A stretch of DNA of 61,049 nt from Selenomonadaceae bacterium (GCA_017444245.1 JAFSXD010000001.1:1-61049); one strand, 5' to 3'. Positions 36,487 through 47,276 are shown, counted from the stretch's first letter. Notes: generated by a model from the sequence alone, not told the origin. Program-made: numbers and translations.

Positions 36487-38472
36487 GTGAAGGTGGTTTT
36501 ATTGAGCAAAATCAATGTGCTTGACGGCGACACCGTGACAAAGATTCAAGCTTGGGCACATTTTAACAGCCTGTCGTTCTGCGTCAAAGAACTCGTTGAA
36601 AATTCTATCGACGCCGGCGCAACGCGAATTGAAATTGAAACCATTGACAGCGGAAAATCTTTGATTCGCGTAACGGACAACGGCGTTGGCATGACTGCCG
36701 AAGACGCCCTGCTTGCCGTGCAGAAACACTCTACAAGCAAAATTGTAAGTGCCGAAGACTTGATGAATATTTCCACGCTCGGATTTCGCGGCGAAGCTCT
36801 GGCAATAATCGCGGGCATTTCTAAATTTTCCCTTCAAACGCGTACAGAATCCTCCGAACTCGGCACGCTCATAAAAATTGACGGCGGCAAACTCGTTGAT
36901 AATCTAAGCGTCGGTTGCAAAGTCGGTACGACAATTCGCGTCGAAAATTTATTTTTCAACATTCCTTCGCGGTCCGCTTTCATTAAGTCCGGCAGTACTG
37001 AAAATACTAAAATTCATGATTTGGTTACCCGTCTTGCAATAAGCCGCCCGGATATTTCTTTCAAGCTAATCAGCAGTAACCGCAATTCGTTCACGACGCC
37101 CGCAAATGGAAAAATTCTCGACACTTTAACCGAACTTTACGGCGTTGACGTTGCCAAATCCATGCTCCCCTTCGATGTCACCGCAAAAGATTTCAAAATT
37201 TCCGGCTACGTCAGCAAACCAACTTCATTAACTGCCAGACGAATCCGTCAATTCGTAATTGTCAACGGGCGGGTTATTACCGAATGTTCAGCGATTTTCG
37301 GCGCGATTGATGATGCTTACATGTCTCAAACTCAAGTGTCGAAAAAGGCAGGCTATCCTTACGTCGTTTTGCGAATTGACGCTCCAAAAGATTTTGTAGA
37401 CGTGAATGTACAGACGCAAAAGTTGCAAATAAAATTTCGTGACGAAGGCGAAATTTATAGCCACGTTCGCCATGCAATTCGTCAAGCTTTTTCGACGGAA
37501 AAAAATAATCGCGACCTTCGCCAAGTTGCCGCCATGCCGGAAAAATTTCAATTTACGCCGATGAATCTCGATGAAACTTTTGGCAGGCAAAACGTCCGCG
37601 ACGAAAAAATAATTGTGCCGAATGCCGCCAAGCCCGCGTTGACTGTCGGGGAAATGCGCGAAAAGTTGGGGCGCAATGACGACTTGCCGAAAGATTTTTT
37701 TGAAGAGGAATTAGAAAAGTTTGACGGCAACTCTAATCAGGAAAATCAAACGACGCAAGAGAATCAAACCACGAACGAAACTTTCAGCGACGAAAATTTT
37801 TTTGACCAGCCGGAAAATGAAACGCCAACTCAATCTGAATTTGAGGAGTTCGCGCAGGAAAATTCTGATTCGCTTGAACTTCTTCAGCCGATTGGACAAG
37901 TGAGTTTGTGTTACATTGTTGCGCAGACTGCCAAAGATTTATTTTTGATTGACCAGCACGCGGCGCACGAACGGATTTTGTTCGACAAATTGAGCAATTA
38001 CGCTGATGAAATTCCCGCGCAGATTTTGTTGATTCATCAAAATTTGAAATTCGATTCGCGCGAAACGGCGACGATTGAAAATAATTTGGAACTCTTTGCA
38101 AAGTTAGGTTTTTCAATGGAACTTAGCGGAGAAAATCAATTCCGCTTGACTTCCGTACCTGCCGATGCCGCCAAAATGGACGCAAGCGAAACGTTACGCG
38201 AAATTATTTCCGACTTGCCCGCAATCGATAACGCCGCGCAGGTTGACGACGAACGCCGCGCCGAAATTGCCGCCGATATTCGCAAAAAATTTATCGCTAT
38301 TGCGTCGTGTCGTGGCGCGATTAAGGCGGGACAAAAACTTTCAATCAGTGAAATGGAAATTCTTTTGAAAAATTTAAGTCAAACGCCTCATCCGTATACT
38401 TGTCCGCACGGTCGCCCGACGATTATAAAATTTTCCGCCAAAGATTTAGCGAAAATGTTTAAGAGAGTTTAG
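36487..38472 (+). CDS. mutL: DNA mismatch repair protein MutL
   Basis: VKELVENSIDAGAT and TLGFRGEAL motifs, and a C-terminal dimerisation domain with QHAAHERILF. The start may be the TTG at 36502. Confidence 0.92.
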   Translation: MKVVLLSKINVLDGDTVTKIQAWAHFNSLSFCVKELVENSIDAGATRIEIETIDSGKSLIRVTDNGVGMTAEDALLAVQKHSTSKIVSAEDLMNISTLGFRGEALAIIAGISKFSLQTRTESSELGTLIKIDGGKLVDNLSVGCKVGTTIRVENLFFNIPSRSAFIKSGSTENTKIHDLVTRLAISRPDISFKLISSNRNSFTTPANGKILDTLTELYGVDVAKSMLPFDVTAKDFKISGYVSKPTSLTARRIRQFVIVNGRVITECSAIFGAIDDAYMSQTQVSKKAGYPYVVLRIDAPKDFVDVNVQTQKLQIKFRDEGEIYSHVRHAIRQAFSTEKNNRDLRQVAAMPEKFQFTPMNLDETFGRQNVRDEKIIVPNAAKPALTVGEMREKLGRNDDLPKDFFEEELEKFDGNSNQENQTTQENQTTNETFSDENFFDQPENETPTQSEFEEFAQENSDSLELLQPIGQVSLCYIVAQTAKDLFLIDQHAAHERILFDKLSNYADEIPAQILLIHQNLKFDSRETATIENNLELFAKLGFSMELSGENQFRLTSVPADAAKMDASETLREIISDLPAIDNAAQVDDERRAEIAADIRKKFIAIASCRGAIKAGQKLSISEMEILLKNLSQTPHPYTCPHGRPTIIKFSAKDLAKMFKRV

Positions 38473-38496
38473 ATCGATGGAGCGATGGATCGTTGG
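38470..38496. repeat. 8-nt-period boundary repeat (degenerate RGATCGAT units)
   Basis: tagatcgatggagcgatggatcgttgg overlaps the mutL stop codon. Confidence 0.75.
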
Positions 38497-38539
38497 TACA
38501 CTTTTTCTAAAATTCTATCGATCTAACAAGGAGTTAAAC

Positions 38540-41500
38540 ATGGCATTTGAAATAATTATCGGCAGAGCAGGCGCAGGAAAAACTTTTGCCCTCCTCGACC
38601 GCGTGAAAAAAATTTTGCAAGTCGCGCCACTTCGCACAAAAATATTTTTGTTGCTCCCCGCCTATCAAACTTACCGCGCAGAATTGGAACTTGCAGAAAT
38701 TACCGGCGGCTCATTTAATGCCGTGATGTGCAACTTTCAACACTTTGCACGGCAAATTCTCTCCGAAGTCGGCGGCTCAATCGTCCCGCGCATTTCTGAA
38801 ATCGGCAGGAGAATTATTCTGCGAAAAATTTTGAAGAAGAACGCCAAAGATTTACGCTACTATCGCAAGGCGGCGGATCAGCGCGGCTTCACGGAAATTT
38901 TGTCTCAAGAATTGAGCGAACTGCGTACCTACTCCGTCGACGCTGAAAAAATTCGTAACTTAATCGACGCAGAAAATTTTGATGACGAGCTGAAAAATAA
39001 ACTTCACGATTTGGCTTTGATTTACGAAAAATTCCGCGCAGAAATTTCAGGACGTCAAAACGACGAAAGCGATTTACTTGAACAGGCGGCGGCGTTGCTG
39101 AAGGATTCGCCGTCAATCAAGGACGCTGAAATTTTTGTCGACGGATTTATTTTCTTCGACCCTCAACAGAGAAACCTTCTGCAGGAAATGTTTCAGTACG
39201 CAAAAAATGTTTACGTCGCCTTGCCAATGGAAGTGAACTTGAACAGCCGCGAAAATGTTTTGAGCGTGGGAATTTTTAATCGTTCCTTTGAAACTTTCAA
39301 GATGATTCGTCGTCTTGCCACGATTGCAAAAGTTCATTTCAGCGTAACTCGTTTTGATTCTCCGCGCAGGTTTGAAAGTGCCGAATTGAAATTCATTGAA
39401 CAAAATTTTTTTAGTCACTTCAGCAAAAAATTTGACGGCGAATGTACCAATTTGAAAATCGTTGAGGCTGTCAACAAGCGCGTCGAAGTTGAAGCCGTTG
39501 CGCGTGACATTCTCAAGCTTACGCGTGAAAGGCAAATTCGTTTTCGCGACATCGGAATAATTTTTCGTGACGAAACGTATAACAATTTAGTCAAGCCGGT
39601 TTTTGAAATTCACCAAATTCCGCATTTCATTGACAGGAAACGGGCGGCGGCGCATCATCCCGTTGCTGAACTGATTCGTTCTGCGCTGGAAGTTTTGCGG
39701 ACGTGGCGCACCGAATCAATTTTCCGTTGTCTTCGCACGGGATTTTTCGACGTGACGCAAGAGGAAATTGATTTGCTTGAAAATTATGTTTTGGAATTTG
39801 GATTGCGCGGGAAAAAAATTTGGACTCAATCGGCGGCGTGGCATTGGTATCGTCACGGTTTGGACGACGACGCGACGGAGATTGAGAAGGCGCGCCCCGT
39901 TGCCATTGACGAGATTCGTCGACGCGCAGTCTTGCCGCTGATAAATTTTTCAAATGCCGTTGATGCCGTGAAAAAAAAATCTGAACGTAAACCTGATGAT
40001 GAAAATTTCAGCGAAGGCAACACGCGGGAACTTGCGAAAATTTTATTTGAATTTATCGAGCGGCTGAAAATTCATGACAAGTTGGTTGATTGGTCAGAGC
40101 TTGAAGAAAATCTGGGCAACTTGGATTTGTCGCGGGAACATTTGAGCATTTGGGACGACGTTGTAACGTTGCTTGAGCAAATTGCGGATTCTTCGGACGA
40201 AGATTTAATCACGCTGAACGAGTTCGATTACATCGTAAACGAGGGGCTTGACGCGCTGGAAATGTCTCTGATACCGCCGGGACTTGACGCCGTGACTGTC
40301 GCGCAGTTTGACCAAAATTCTCTGCAAAATTCCAAAGCGATTTACATTTTGGGATTCAGTGACGAAGATTTTCCGCGAACTTCCCACGAAAAACTTTTGC
40401 TTTCGGACGCGGACAGACTTCATTTAAACGACGCGGGCATGGAAATTTCCAAAGGCGGCAACGAAAATCTTTTGGCGGAAAAATTTTTAATTTATCGCGG
40501 GTTGACTGTCGCAAAAAATTATCTATACGTTTCATATCCTCTGGCAAATTCCGAAGGTGAGGCAATGCACCCGTCGCAGTTCGCGGACAGATTGAAATTT
40601 CTTTTTCCGAAAGTCAACGTCGAATTGGTTCAGCTGGACGTTTTGGAAAATCTTGGCACGCAGGGAAATTATTCAATCGTCGAACCGCAAAAAAAATTGG
40701 ACGACGGCATTGCGTTGCAACTTTACGCGGCGAAAAATAAAATGCGAGGTTCTGTCACGCGCTTTGAAAAATTTAACAAGTGCCCGTTCCAATATTTTGC
40801 AACTTACGGCTTGAAACTGGAAGAGCGGCGCGAATACAAATTGAAACCGCCGGACGTTGGAAATATTTTGCACAGCATAATGCGGCAATTCGGCGAAGAT
40901 TTGCAGGCAGAAAATTTGCGTTGGGGCGACGTGGGCAGGGAAGAAATTTCGCGGCGTGTCACAAAAATTTTAGACGACCTCACGCCAAAACTGCTGAACA
41001 AAATTTTGTTGAGTTCAAAAACGCTTGAACATCAGCGCGACAGAATAAAAAATGTTGCGATTGCGTCACTTCGACGGCTCACGGAATTGGACAGGCACAG
41101 CAAATTTCATCCGGAAATTTTTGAAGCGACGTTCGATTCAATGTCCAAGCAGGCGTTGGTTTACAACATTAACGGCGTCGAAATGGAATTTGTCGGCAAA
41201 ATTGATCGGATTGATTTCAGCGAAGACGGAAAATATTTTCTGATAATCGACTACAAAACGGGCAAAGCTTACTTGAATTTGTGGGAAATTTATTGCGGCG
41301 TCAATCTGCAAATGCTGACGTACTTAATGGTGACAAATAACATGTCCGTCATAGAAAATCGCATGCCCGCCGCCATGCTGTATTACTTTTTGAAATTCCC
41401 CGTAGGACGCGGCGAAAATGTTTCAAACGCGGCGAACGAAATTAACAAGACGCTGAAAATGTCCGGCTACATTCTCGACGAAAAAGATGTTGTGTTGAGC

Positions 41501-41824
41501 ATTGATGAAACGCTTGAAAGTTTGCCGATTAAGTTTAAAGCCAACGGAGATTTTGAAAAAAAATCGTTGGAAAAAATTTTGAAGAGCCGAGAAATTTTTT
41601 CACTGCTGATGAAAAACGTTGAAGAAAGTTTAAAGGCAACGGGGCGGAAAATTTTGGGTGGAAACATCGCCGCCGAACCGTTCAAGACGAAGACAACTAC
41701 CGCCTGTAAATATTGCGCGTACGCTGAAGTTTGCCGCCTTGACAAAAGAATAGATACGCCTGCGCCGACGCCGCTTGACGACGAAAAAATTTTGGAACAG
41801 ATGCGAAAAATACTAACTAACTAG
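38540..41824 (+). CDS. addB: ATP-dependent helicase/nuclease subunit B (AddB/RexB)
   Basis: MAFEIIIGRAGAGKTF at the N-terminus. C-terminal nuclease/Fe-S cysteines are present (CPFQYF .. CKYCAYAEVC). The ATG at 38540 follows an AAGGAG RBS. Confidence 0.9.
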   Translation: MAFEIIIGRAGAGKTFALLDRVKKILQVAPLRTKIFLLLPAYQTYRAELELAEITGGSFNAVMCNFQHFARQILSEVGGSIVPRISEIGRRIILRKILKKNAKDLRYYRKAADQRGFTEILSQELSELRTYSVDAEKIRNLIDAENFDDELKNKLHDLALIYEKFRAEISGRQNDESDLLEQAAALLKDSPSIKDAEIFVDGFIFFDPQQRNLLQEMFQYAKNVYVALPMEVNLNSRENVLSVGIFNRSFETFKMIRRLATIAKVHFSVTRFDSPRRFESAELKFIEQNFFSHFSKKFDGECTNLKIVEAVNKRVEVEAVARDILKLTRERQIRFRDIGIIFRDETYNNLVKPVFEIHQIPHFIDRKRAAAHHPVAELIRSALEVLRTWRTESIFRCLRTGFFDVTQEEIDLLENYVLEFGLRGKKIWTQSAAWHWYRHGLDDDATEIEKARPVAIDEIRRRAVLPLINFSNAVDAVKKKSERKPDDENFSEGNTRELAKILFEFIERLKIHDKLVDWSELEENLGNLDLSREHLSIWDDVVTLLEQIADSSDEDLITLNEFDYIVNEGLDALEMSLIPPGLDAVTVAQFDQNSLQNSKAIYILGFSDEDFPRTSHEKLLLSDADRLHLNDAGMEISKGGNENLLAEKFLIYRGLTVAKNYLYVSYPLANSEGEAMHPSQFADRLKFLFPKVNVELVQLDVLENLGTQGNYSIVEPQKKLDDGIALQLYAAKNKMRGSVTRFEKFNKCPFQYFATYGLKLEERREYKLKPPDVGNILHSIMRQFGEDLQAENLRWGDVGREEISRRVTKILDDLTPKLLNKILLSSKTLEHQRDRIKNVAIASLRRLTELDRHSKFHPEIFEATFDSMSKQALVYNINGVEMEFVGKIDRIDFSEDGKYFLIIDYKTGKAYLNLWEIYCGVNLQMLTYLMVTNNMSVIENRMPAAMLYYFLKFPVGRGENVSNAANEINKTLKMSGYILDEKDVVLSIDETLESLPIKFKANGDFEKKSLEKILKSREIFSLLMKNVEESLKATGRKILGGNIAAEPFKTKTTTACKYCAYAEVCRLDKRIDTPAPTPLDDEKILEQMRKILTN

Positions 41825-41848
41825 CGATCTAGCGATCTGGCTAACTAA
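41813..41848. repeat. 8-nt-period boundary repeat (CTAACTAA CTAGCGAT CTAGCGAT CTGGCTAA CTAA)
   Basis: It overlaps the addB stop codon. Confidence 0.85.
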
Positions 41849-41850
41849 TC

Positions 41851-41889
41851 AAAAAAGAGTTCCCCGAATTTGAGGAACTCTCTTTTTTT
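41851..41889. terminator. bidirectional rho-independent terminator
   Basis: aaaaaAGAGTTCC-ccgaatttga-GGAACTCTcttttttt lies between convergent addB and the giant gene. Confidence 0.8.
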
Positions 41890-41984
41890 ATGCACCGCCC
41901 GAAGGCGGCAACTTCGCTACCCTAACCGCTACGGATTAGAAGTCGTTTAAAAATCTAGCCGAAAAGTCTAATCGGATTCGTCAA

Positions 41985-44900
41985 TTACTCCCAATGACGA
42001 TTGCCGGTGTTGACGGATTTAATATTCTGCCAGCCGCCGTTGCCGTCTGAAAGTCTGAAGTTGGTCTCTGTGCCGACACCCGTCACGACAACTCCGCCGC
42101 CGTCCTTAAGCACAACGTCGATTCTGCCGCTGGAAATAGCCGTCTTATCATTGTCGATGTCGTCCAAAGTTACGTCATAGAGCCAGACGAGGTCTTCAGT
42201 GCCAACAGTGGTAATCGTATCCGTGCTGGAACGGTAGACGCCTTCACTGGTGGTGTAGCCGTAGGACTTGAAGAAGAAGAAGGTCTCTTCGCCGCCGTTG
42301 CTACCAACGAGTGAATTGGTTTCGCCGCCGCCGCCCCACAGGCTCGTGGAAGTGTTGCTACCGCCGGACAAGATCGTATTGTTGGACGCGCCGCCCGCCA
42401 ATGTCAAATTGCCGTTCTGGACTGAAGACGCGTTGACCATTCCGATGCCGCCGTAGGAGACACTGTCAAGGCGTGAATCGTTCAGCCAAATGTTGACGTT
42501 GGACGTATCGGAGGAAACATTCAGAACGTCGCGCGGACGGCTGTTGCTTACGCCGCCATAGTAAATGTCGGTTTCGCCGTCATATGTGAAGGTGTTGACG
42601 CTGTTGCTGACACCAAACTTGATGTTGTAAATCTTGCTGTCGTTCGCAAATTGCGCTCTTACAGCTTTGTGATCGCTCGTCGTAAAGTCGCCGCTGATAA
42701 CAACAGTTTCGTCGCCCGAGAGGGAAACTTCCAATCTGGTTGAAGTCGCGCTGACGCCTTTGTAATTGTCACGATCGCCCAAGTACAGCAAGTCTGCCGA
42801 AGAAACGTTGACGTCTTGATCTTGACCCTTGTAGAAGTTGAATCCGGTAATCGTAGTTCTGCCGCTGCTGTAGGTTACGCCGTTAGAACTGCCGAAGTAG
42901 AAGTTGTTGCCGGATTTTGTAGTATCGTTGCCACCGGAAACGAGCACGTCATTGCCGCCGCCGACTGCAACATACTTGCGAGAACCTGCGTCTGCACTGC
43001 CGGAAACCGTAATGCTTTCGTTAGCACTTGAACCCCAAACAGTAGCTCTGGCTTCGCTTGCGACGTTGAGTTTCGTGATGTTGGAAAGTTTCGCAGAACC
43101 GAGCGTGACTTCAAACGCAGTGGTTACGGAATCAGTTACGTAAATGCCGCCGGCTTTTTCGCCTTTGTAGTAAGCACTCAAATCAGCATTCGTGCTAACC
43201 GTTGCCGTTGCATCAGGAGCGATGAAGGATACAGGCGTTCCGTTGACCAAGAATCTGTACGCGCCGTCAACCGTCGACAAACCGTTAAAGTTGATTGAAG
43301 CGTTGCCGCTGGAGGCTACAACAGCATCTCTCAATTTGAAGGAAAGGCTGTCAATGCTGTCCGCGAGCAGGACGTTTGCGCCGCTGTCCGCATCAAAGCC
43401 GCTCTTCCAACCGTAGACATCAGTCTTGCCGCTTGTGAGGGTAATCGTTGCGCCGCGTTGTCCCGATCCGCTGTCCGCACTTGCAAGCGAAACTGTATCA
43501 GTACCTGCGCCCGGATTAATCGTATCGTTAGGTCCTGCAACAATCGTGTCGTTCAAGGAAGAACCGACGACTGTATTTTCTGCGCCGCCGTTGATGCTGG
43601 AAATCATGAGCGCGCCGCCGTTGATTGTAATTTCGCTGGCGTCAAGCAGACTGCCATAGTTGCCCGCCCAGATAAGATTCTTTCTGTCGCCGACGTTCGC
43701 ATTTGTAATAATCGCCTTCGTTGCCGTAGCCGGATCGTAATCTGAACCGCCAACCGTAATTGTTGAGCCGTTAGCTATCGCAATCTTGTTGCCGTCAAGC
43801 TGAACGTTATCCGGAGTAAGTCTTGCACTGGTTGAAAGTTTCGTCGCAACGATAACGTCTCTGTCATCAAAGCTGTAGTCCGCAATTTCAAAAGCGTTCG
43901 TGTCATAGAAGTAGTCGATACCTGCGCCGCCTTCGATGTAATCTGAACCGGAACCGTAGATCGTATCAGAGCCCGAGCCGCCCAAAATGGTTGCCGCGCC
44001 GCCTCTGTTGTAAATGTACGAGCCATTGTCGCCAGCTTTGACGTAGTTGTTACCTGTCGCCTTAGGTCCAATCAAGATTGAAACATTTCTTGCGCTGGTG
44101 CTGCCAAGAATCGTGTGGTTGGTTGCGAATGCGGCAATATCGGAATCAGTATTCATACCGACAGCAATAAGGGTGTTCGGGCTACCGGTTGCGTCGATAA
44201 CCGCAGTGCGAATCGTGGAAACTCCCGTGCGCAGACCTTCAAGATATTCAACGTTAATCGGGTTGCTGATGTAGGACTGCAAGGTTATGTTGCGCGGGAA
44301 TGTGCCGTCAGCTGCACCAAGCGGTTCGTCGCCGTAAATGTTGACGCCCGTTCCTTGAGCAACAGTTTCAGGAGAATCAACCGTTGCACTTGCATAACCG
44401 GCAACTGTTCCATATGTCCCATCGAAAGCTTGCGTGGTTTCGTTATAAATGTTGTAGAAGTCGTGGAAAGCCTCAACCGTCGTGTTGCCGCCGTTCAAGC
44501 TGCTTGCCAACTGATTAACCAAGCTGTCGCGGTCGATACGGATTTGAGCAACAACAGAGTCTTCAGCAGTGACATTGCCGATGCTGTCAACATACAAGTA
44601 ACCGATACTGTCATTGACTTCAACCGTTGCACTTGAACCGACGCTGTAAACGCCCGCGCCAACCGTAATTGTTGAGTTCTTCGCAATGCCGCCGGTAATT
44701 GTGACATTCGGTTTTGCACTGCCGGATTTGCTTACGTACATCTGAATTGCGGATGCCGTTGAATCCAACACGCCGTCGCTACCGCCGTTCATGGTTACGC
44801 CAACGTCATTAATCGCCATAGCAACCGTATCTGTGGACGCCGCCATAGCTGAATCGTAAGTGAAGCCCGCCGCAAAGACGCTGTCGCTCGCAGTCTTGAC

Positions 44901-47276
44901 TGTGTCGCCAACCTTCAAGCCGCCGACGCTTACGATAGCATCATTTTCACCGGAAACGATGTAGGCACTGTCAAGGTTGGAGCTTGAAGATGCGCCCAAT
45001 GTGACTTCTGCCGCGTTAACCGTGACTTTAGCCGTACCGCCGGAAGAAACCGTAGAATCAATATCGTAGTAAACTGTGCCGCCGGTTACGCTGTAAGCAT
45101 CGCCGTCAACAACGTCGTTAACCGTGATTGAGGATGAGCCGCCAAGCGTGAAGTCAACCGCGCTAACTGTATTCGTAAGTTTCGATACGTCAAATTTATC
45201 GTTAATCGTGAAGTGGCTGTCGCCTGAAACCGTTGCGCCGGAGTTCAAACTCGTGATTCCTGCGAGACCCGCAACGGAAACGTCTGAATCGAGTTGTACA
45301 ACGATTTCATTATTGCTGTCGTGAGCAACGACACTTGCGCCGTTAAAGCTACCGCTAATTGTATTAGCTTCGCCGGCAACTGTTACTGTAGCGTCAGCCG
45401 CCATAACTTTCAAGGAATCGCCTGCGCCGAGTGATACACCTGCGCCGGTTGAATCCATAACTACCGCGCCGACTGATGCGCCCGAGACCGTCCAAGCTGT
45501 GCCCATAACTTCAACGCCGGAAAGTGTTGCACTGGAAGGTGCGCTGATTGTCATGTTGCCCGTCAAGCTGGAAACTGCGGAGACTGACGCGCCGTTTACA
45601 CTGCTTGCCGTGAGTATCGCATAGACGCTGTCCGTTGCTCTTGCAAATGTTGCAGTAACTCCGCCAACGTTAACTGTACGTGCGCCGCTACCGCCCTTTA
45701 CGAGCCAGTTGCTACCTTCGTTGAGTGCCGACGCTGCAGTTACGAGTGCTGAACTGTTGAGAGATACACTCTGTCCGCTGCTCACCGCAAGGGTATCGCC
45801 CGCCGCGCCTACAACTGTTCTTGCTTGACCGCCGGACAACAACATTGTGCCTGCGCCCGTACCGGAATTGACTGTGATGTTACCCGAAGCGTCGAGTACT
45901 GCATTAATCGTCGCGGCACTGTCATCTTCAAGATCAACATCCCAAGAAGAGCCGCTGATAATTCCCAAAGCATCGTGATCGCCGACCGCGTTAATTGTCA
46001 CGTTGCCGCTTTCAGGATTGAAGAGAGCCGCCTGCGCACCGGTGGCACCTGCTGTGATAGTGCCTTGCACGCTGTCAAACGCAACCGTATCATTACCGAG
46101 TTGAACAGCACCTGCACTGCTTGCAACTGTCCAACGTCCATTCGCCGCAAGAGCGTCAACCGCTTTGATTACGGATGAGTCAGTAGATTGACTTACGACA
46201 GAGGCGGTTGAACCGCTAGCAAGAGCAACTGCGCCGCCGCTTGCACCGTCGCCAACAGAGAACACGCCGGCATTGTTCGCATGCGCCGTCATCAACGTGC
46301 TGTCTACCGGGTAAACTTCCGCCTGCGTCGTAGCAACACCGTTGAGAATTACGCCGTTTACGTCTACTGTATCTCTGGGGCTTGAACCTGAACTTGAGAA
46401 TTCTACGCCTGCGCCATTTTCTACGTTCAACGCAAGATAATTGCCTGCGCCCTTAGTAGCCGTGAATGATTCGCCAACTGCGGCGGCACTCAAAGCACCA
46501 AATACTACGTTGTTGCCGTTAGATACGTTCCAAATTTGATTTGCGTCAACAGAAGAGAGCGCCGCATTGCCTGCCGCCTGAATCGTTACTGCGTCGTTTG
46601 AGTCTGTCGAACCTGTCAACGTAACCGCATTACTACTCAAAGAGACATTGATTGACGCGCCGTTAAGAGTTTGACGGAACTGTGCCGGTGCGGCAAGTGT
46701 AGCCTGCACTGCGCCGCGCAAGCTGGAATAATTTACGGCATTGTTGCTTGCCGTCATGCCAAGAGACGCGGCATTTGAAACAGCCACCGTATCAAGCAAG
46801 GAGTCATTGTTGGTATATCTGACCAAGAAAGTATCAGCTTCGCCGCCGCCGGTCAACCAGAGAGGACTGCTAACAGAGACATTCTCGGCGAACGTCAATT
46901 CTGGAGTAGTTGATCCTATTGAAGCTTCCTCAGCTGTGCCAACGCTGGCGTATCCGTAGGCTGTAACAGATTTATTTTCTCCCTTAGTGATTACAGCGGC
47001 ATTAGCCGGAACACTAGCCTCACCACTGCTGAAGGCGTAGACAGTTGCGGAAGAAGTTACCGTATCAGTGCGATAAATAACGCCGTCAACATCGACTGTA
47101 TCGCCTGTAACGGTCGTAGGTGTACCACTATCGTCGACGCCACCATTCACCGAAATAGCGCCACTGGATGCCCTGATGGTTGGGTTAGCGTCCAAAGCAA
47201 ACAGTTGCAAATCAAACTCCCAATTTTTCGTTGTCATAAAGAATGGCGTCAAGACCTCGTTACATGAGAGGGACAA
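41985..47276 (-). CDS. giant Gly/Ser/Thr/Ala/Val-rich surface/secreted protein with RTX-type GGxGxD repeats
   Basis: GGSGSDTIYGSGSDYIEGGAGIDYFYD is present and there are no Cys residues. The start is either the TTG at 47276 (11 nt after AAGGAGG) or the ATG at 47237 (MTTKNWEFDLQLFA..). The first ~80 codons of the track ORF lie in the leader. Confidence 0.75.
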   Translation of the reverse strand: MSLSCNEVLTPFFMTTKNWEFDLQLFALDANPTIRASSGAISVNGGVDDSGTPTTVTGDTVDVDGVIYRTDTVTSSATVYAFSSGEASVPANAAVITKGENKSVTAYGYASVGTAEEASIGSTTPELTFAENVSVSSPLWLTGGGEADTFLVRYTNNDSLLDTVAVSNAASLGMTASNNAVNYSSLRGAVQATLAAPAQFRQTLNGASINVSLSSNAVTLTGSTDSNDAVTIQAAGNAALSSVDANQIWNVSNGNNVVFGALSAAAVGESFTATKGAGNYLALNVENGAGVEFSSSGSSPRDTVDVNGVILNGVATTQAEVYPVDSTLMTAHANNAGVFSVGDGASGGAVALASGSTASVVSQSTDSSVIKAVDALAANGRWTVASSAGAVQLGNDTVAFDSVQGTITAGATGAQAALFNPESGNVTINAVGDHDALGIISGSSWDVDLEDDSAATINAVLDASGNITVNSGTGAGTMLLSGGQARTVVGAAGDTLAVSSGQSVSLNSSALVTAASALNEGSNWLVKGGSGARTVNVGGVTATFARATDSVYAILTASSVNGASVSAVSSLTGNMTISAPSSATLSGVEVMGTAWTVSGASVGAVVMDSTGAGVSLGAGDSLKVMAADATVTVAGEANTISGSFNGASVVAHDSNNEIVVQLDSDVSVAGLAGITSLNSGATVSGDSHFTINDKFDVSKLTNTVSAVDFTLGGSSSITVNDVVDGDAYSVTGGTVYYDIDSTVSSGGTAKVTVNAAEVTLGASSSSNLDSAYIVSGENDAIVSVGGLKVGDTVKTASDSVFAAGFTYDSAMAASTDTVAMAINDVGVTMNGGSDGVLDSTASAIQMYVSKSGSAKPNVTITGGIAKNSTITVGAGVYSVGSSATVEVNDSIGYLYVDSIGNVTAEDSVVAQIRIDRDSLVNQLASSLNGGNTTVEAFHDFYNIYNETTQAFDGTYGTVAGYASATVDSPETVAQGTGVNIYGDEPLGAADGTFPRNITLQSYISNPINVEYLEGLRTGVSTIRTAVIDATGSPNTLIAVGMNTDSDIAAFATNHTILGSTSARNVSILIGPKATGNNYVKAGDNGSYIYNRGGAATILGGSGSDTIYGSGSDYIEGGAGIDYFYDTNAFEIADYSFDDRDVIVATKLSTSARLTPDNVQLDGNKIAIANGSTITVGGSDYDPATATKAIITNANVGDRKNLIWAGNYGSLLDASEITINGGALMISSINGGAENTVVGSSLNDTIVAGPNDTINPGAGTDTVSLASADSGSGQRGATITLTSGKTDVYGWKSGFDADSGANVLLADSIDSLSFKLRDAVVASSGNASINFNGLSTVDGAYRFLVNGTPVSFIAPDATATVSTNADLSAYYKGEKAGGIYVTDSVTTAFEVTLGSAKLSNITKLNVASEARATVWGSSANESITVSGSADAGSRKYVAVGGGNDVLVSGGNDTTKSGNNFYFGSSNGVTYSSGRTTITGFNFYKGQDQDVNVSSADLLYLGDRDNYKGVSATSTRLEVSLSGDETVVISGDFTTSDHKAVRAQFANDSKIYNIKFGVSNSVNTFTYDGETDIYYGGVSNSRPRDVLNVSSDTSNVNIWLNDSRLDSVSYGGIGMVNASSVQNGNLTLAGGASNNTILSGGSNTSTSLWGGGGETNSLVGSNGGEETFFFFKSYGYTTSEGVYRSSTDTITTVGTEDLVWLYDVTLDDIDNDKTAISSGRIDVVLKDGGGVVVTGVGTETNFRLSDGNGGWQNIKSVNTGNRHWE

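Noticed and set aside
41890-41984. Possible small RNA or tRNA-like structure downstream of the giant gene (CCGCC-cgaa-GGCGG, GATTAGA..TCTAATC hairpins)
   Set aside because: There is no cloverleaf or anticodon-arm arrangement. It is most simply 3'-UTR stem-loops preceding the main terminator. I have low confidence either way.
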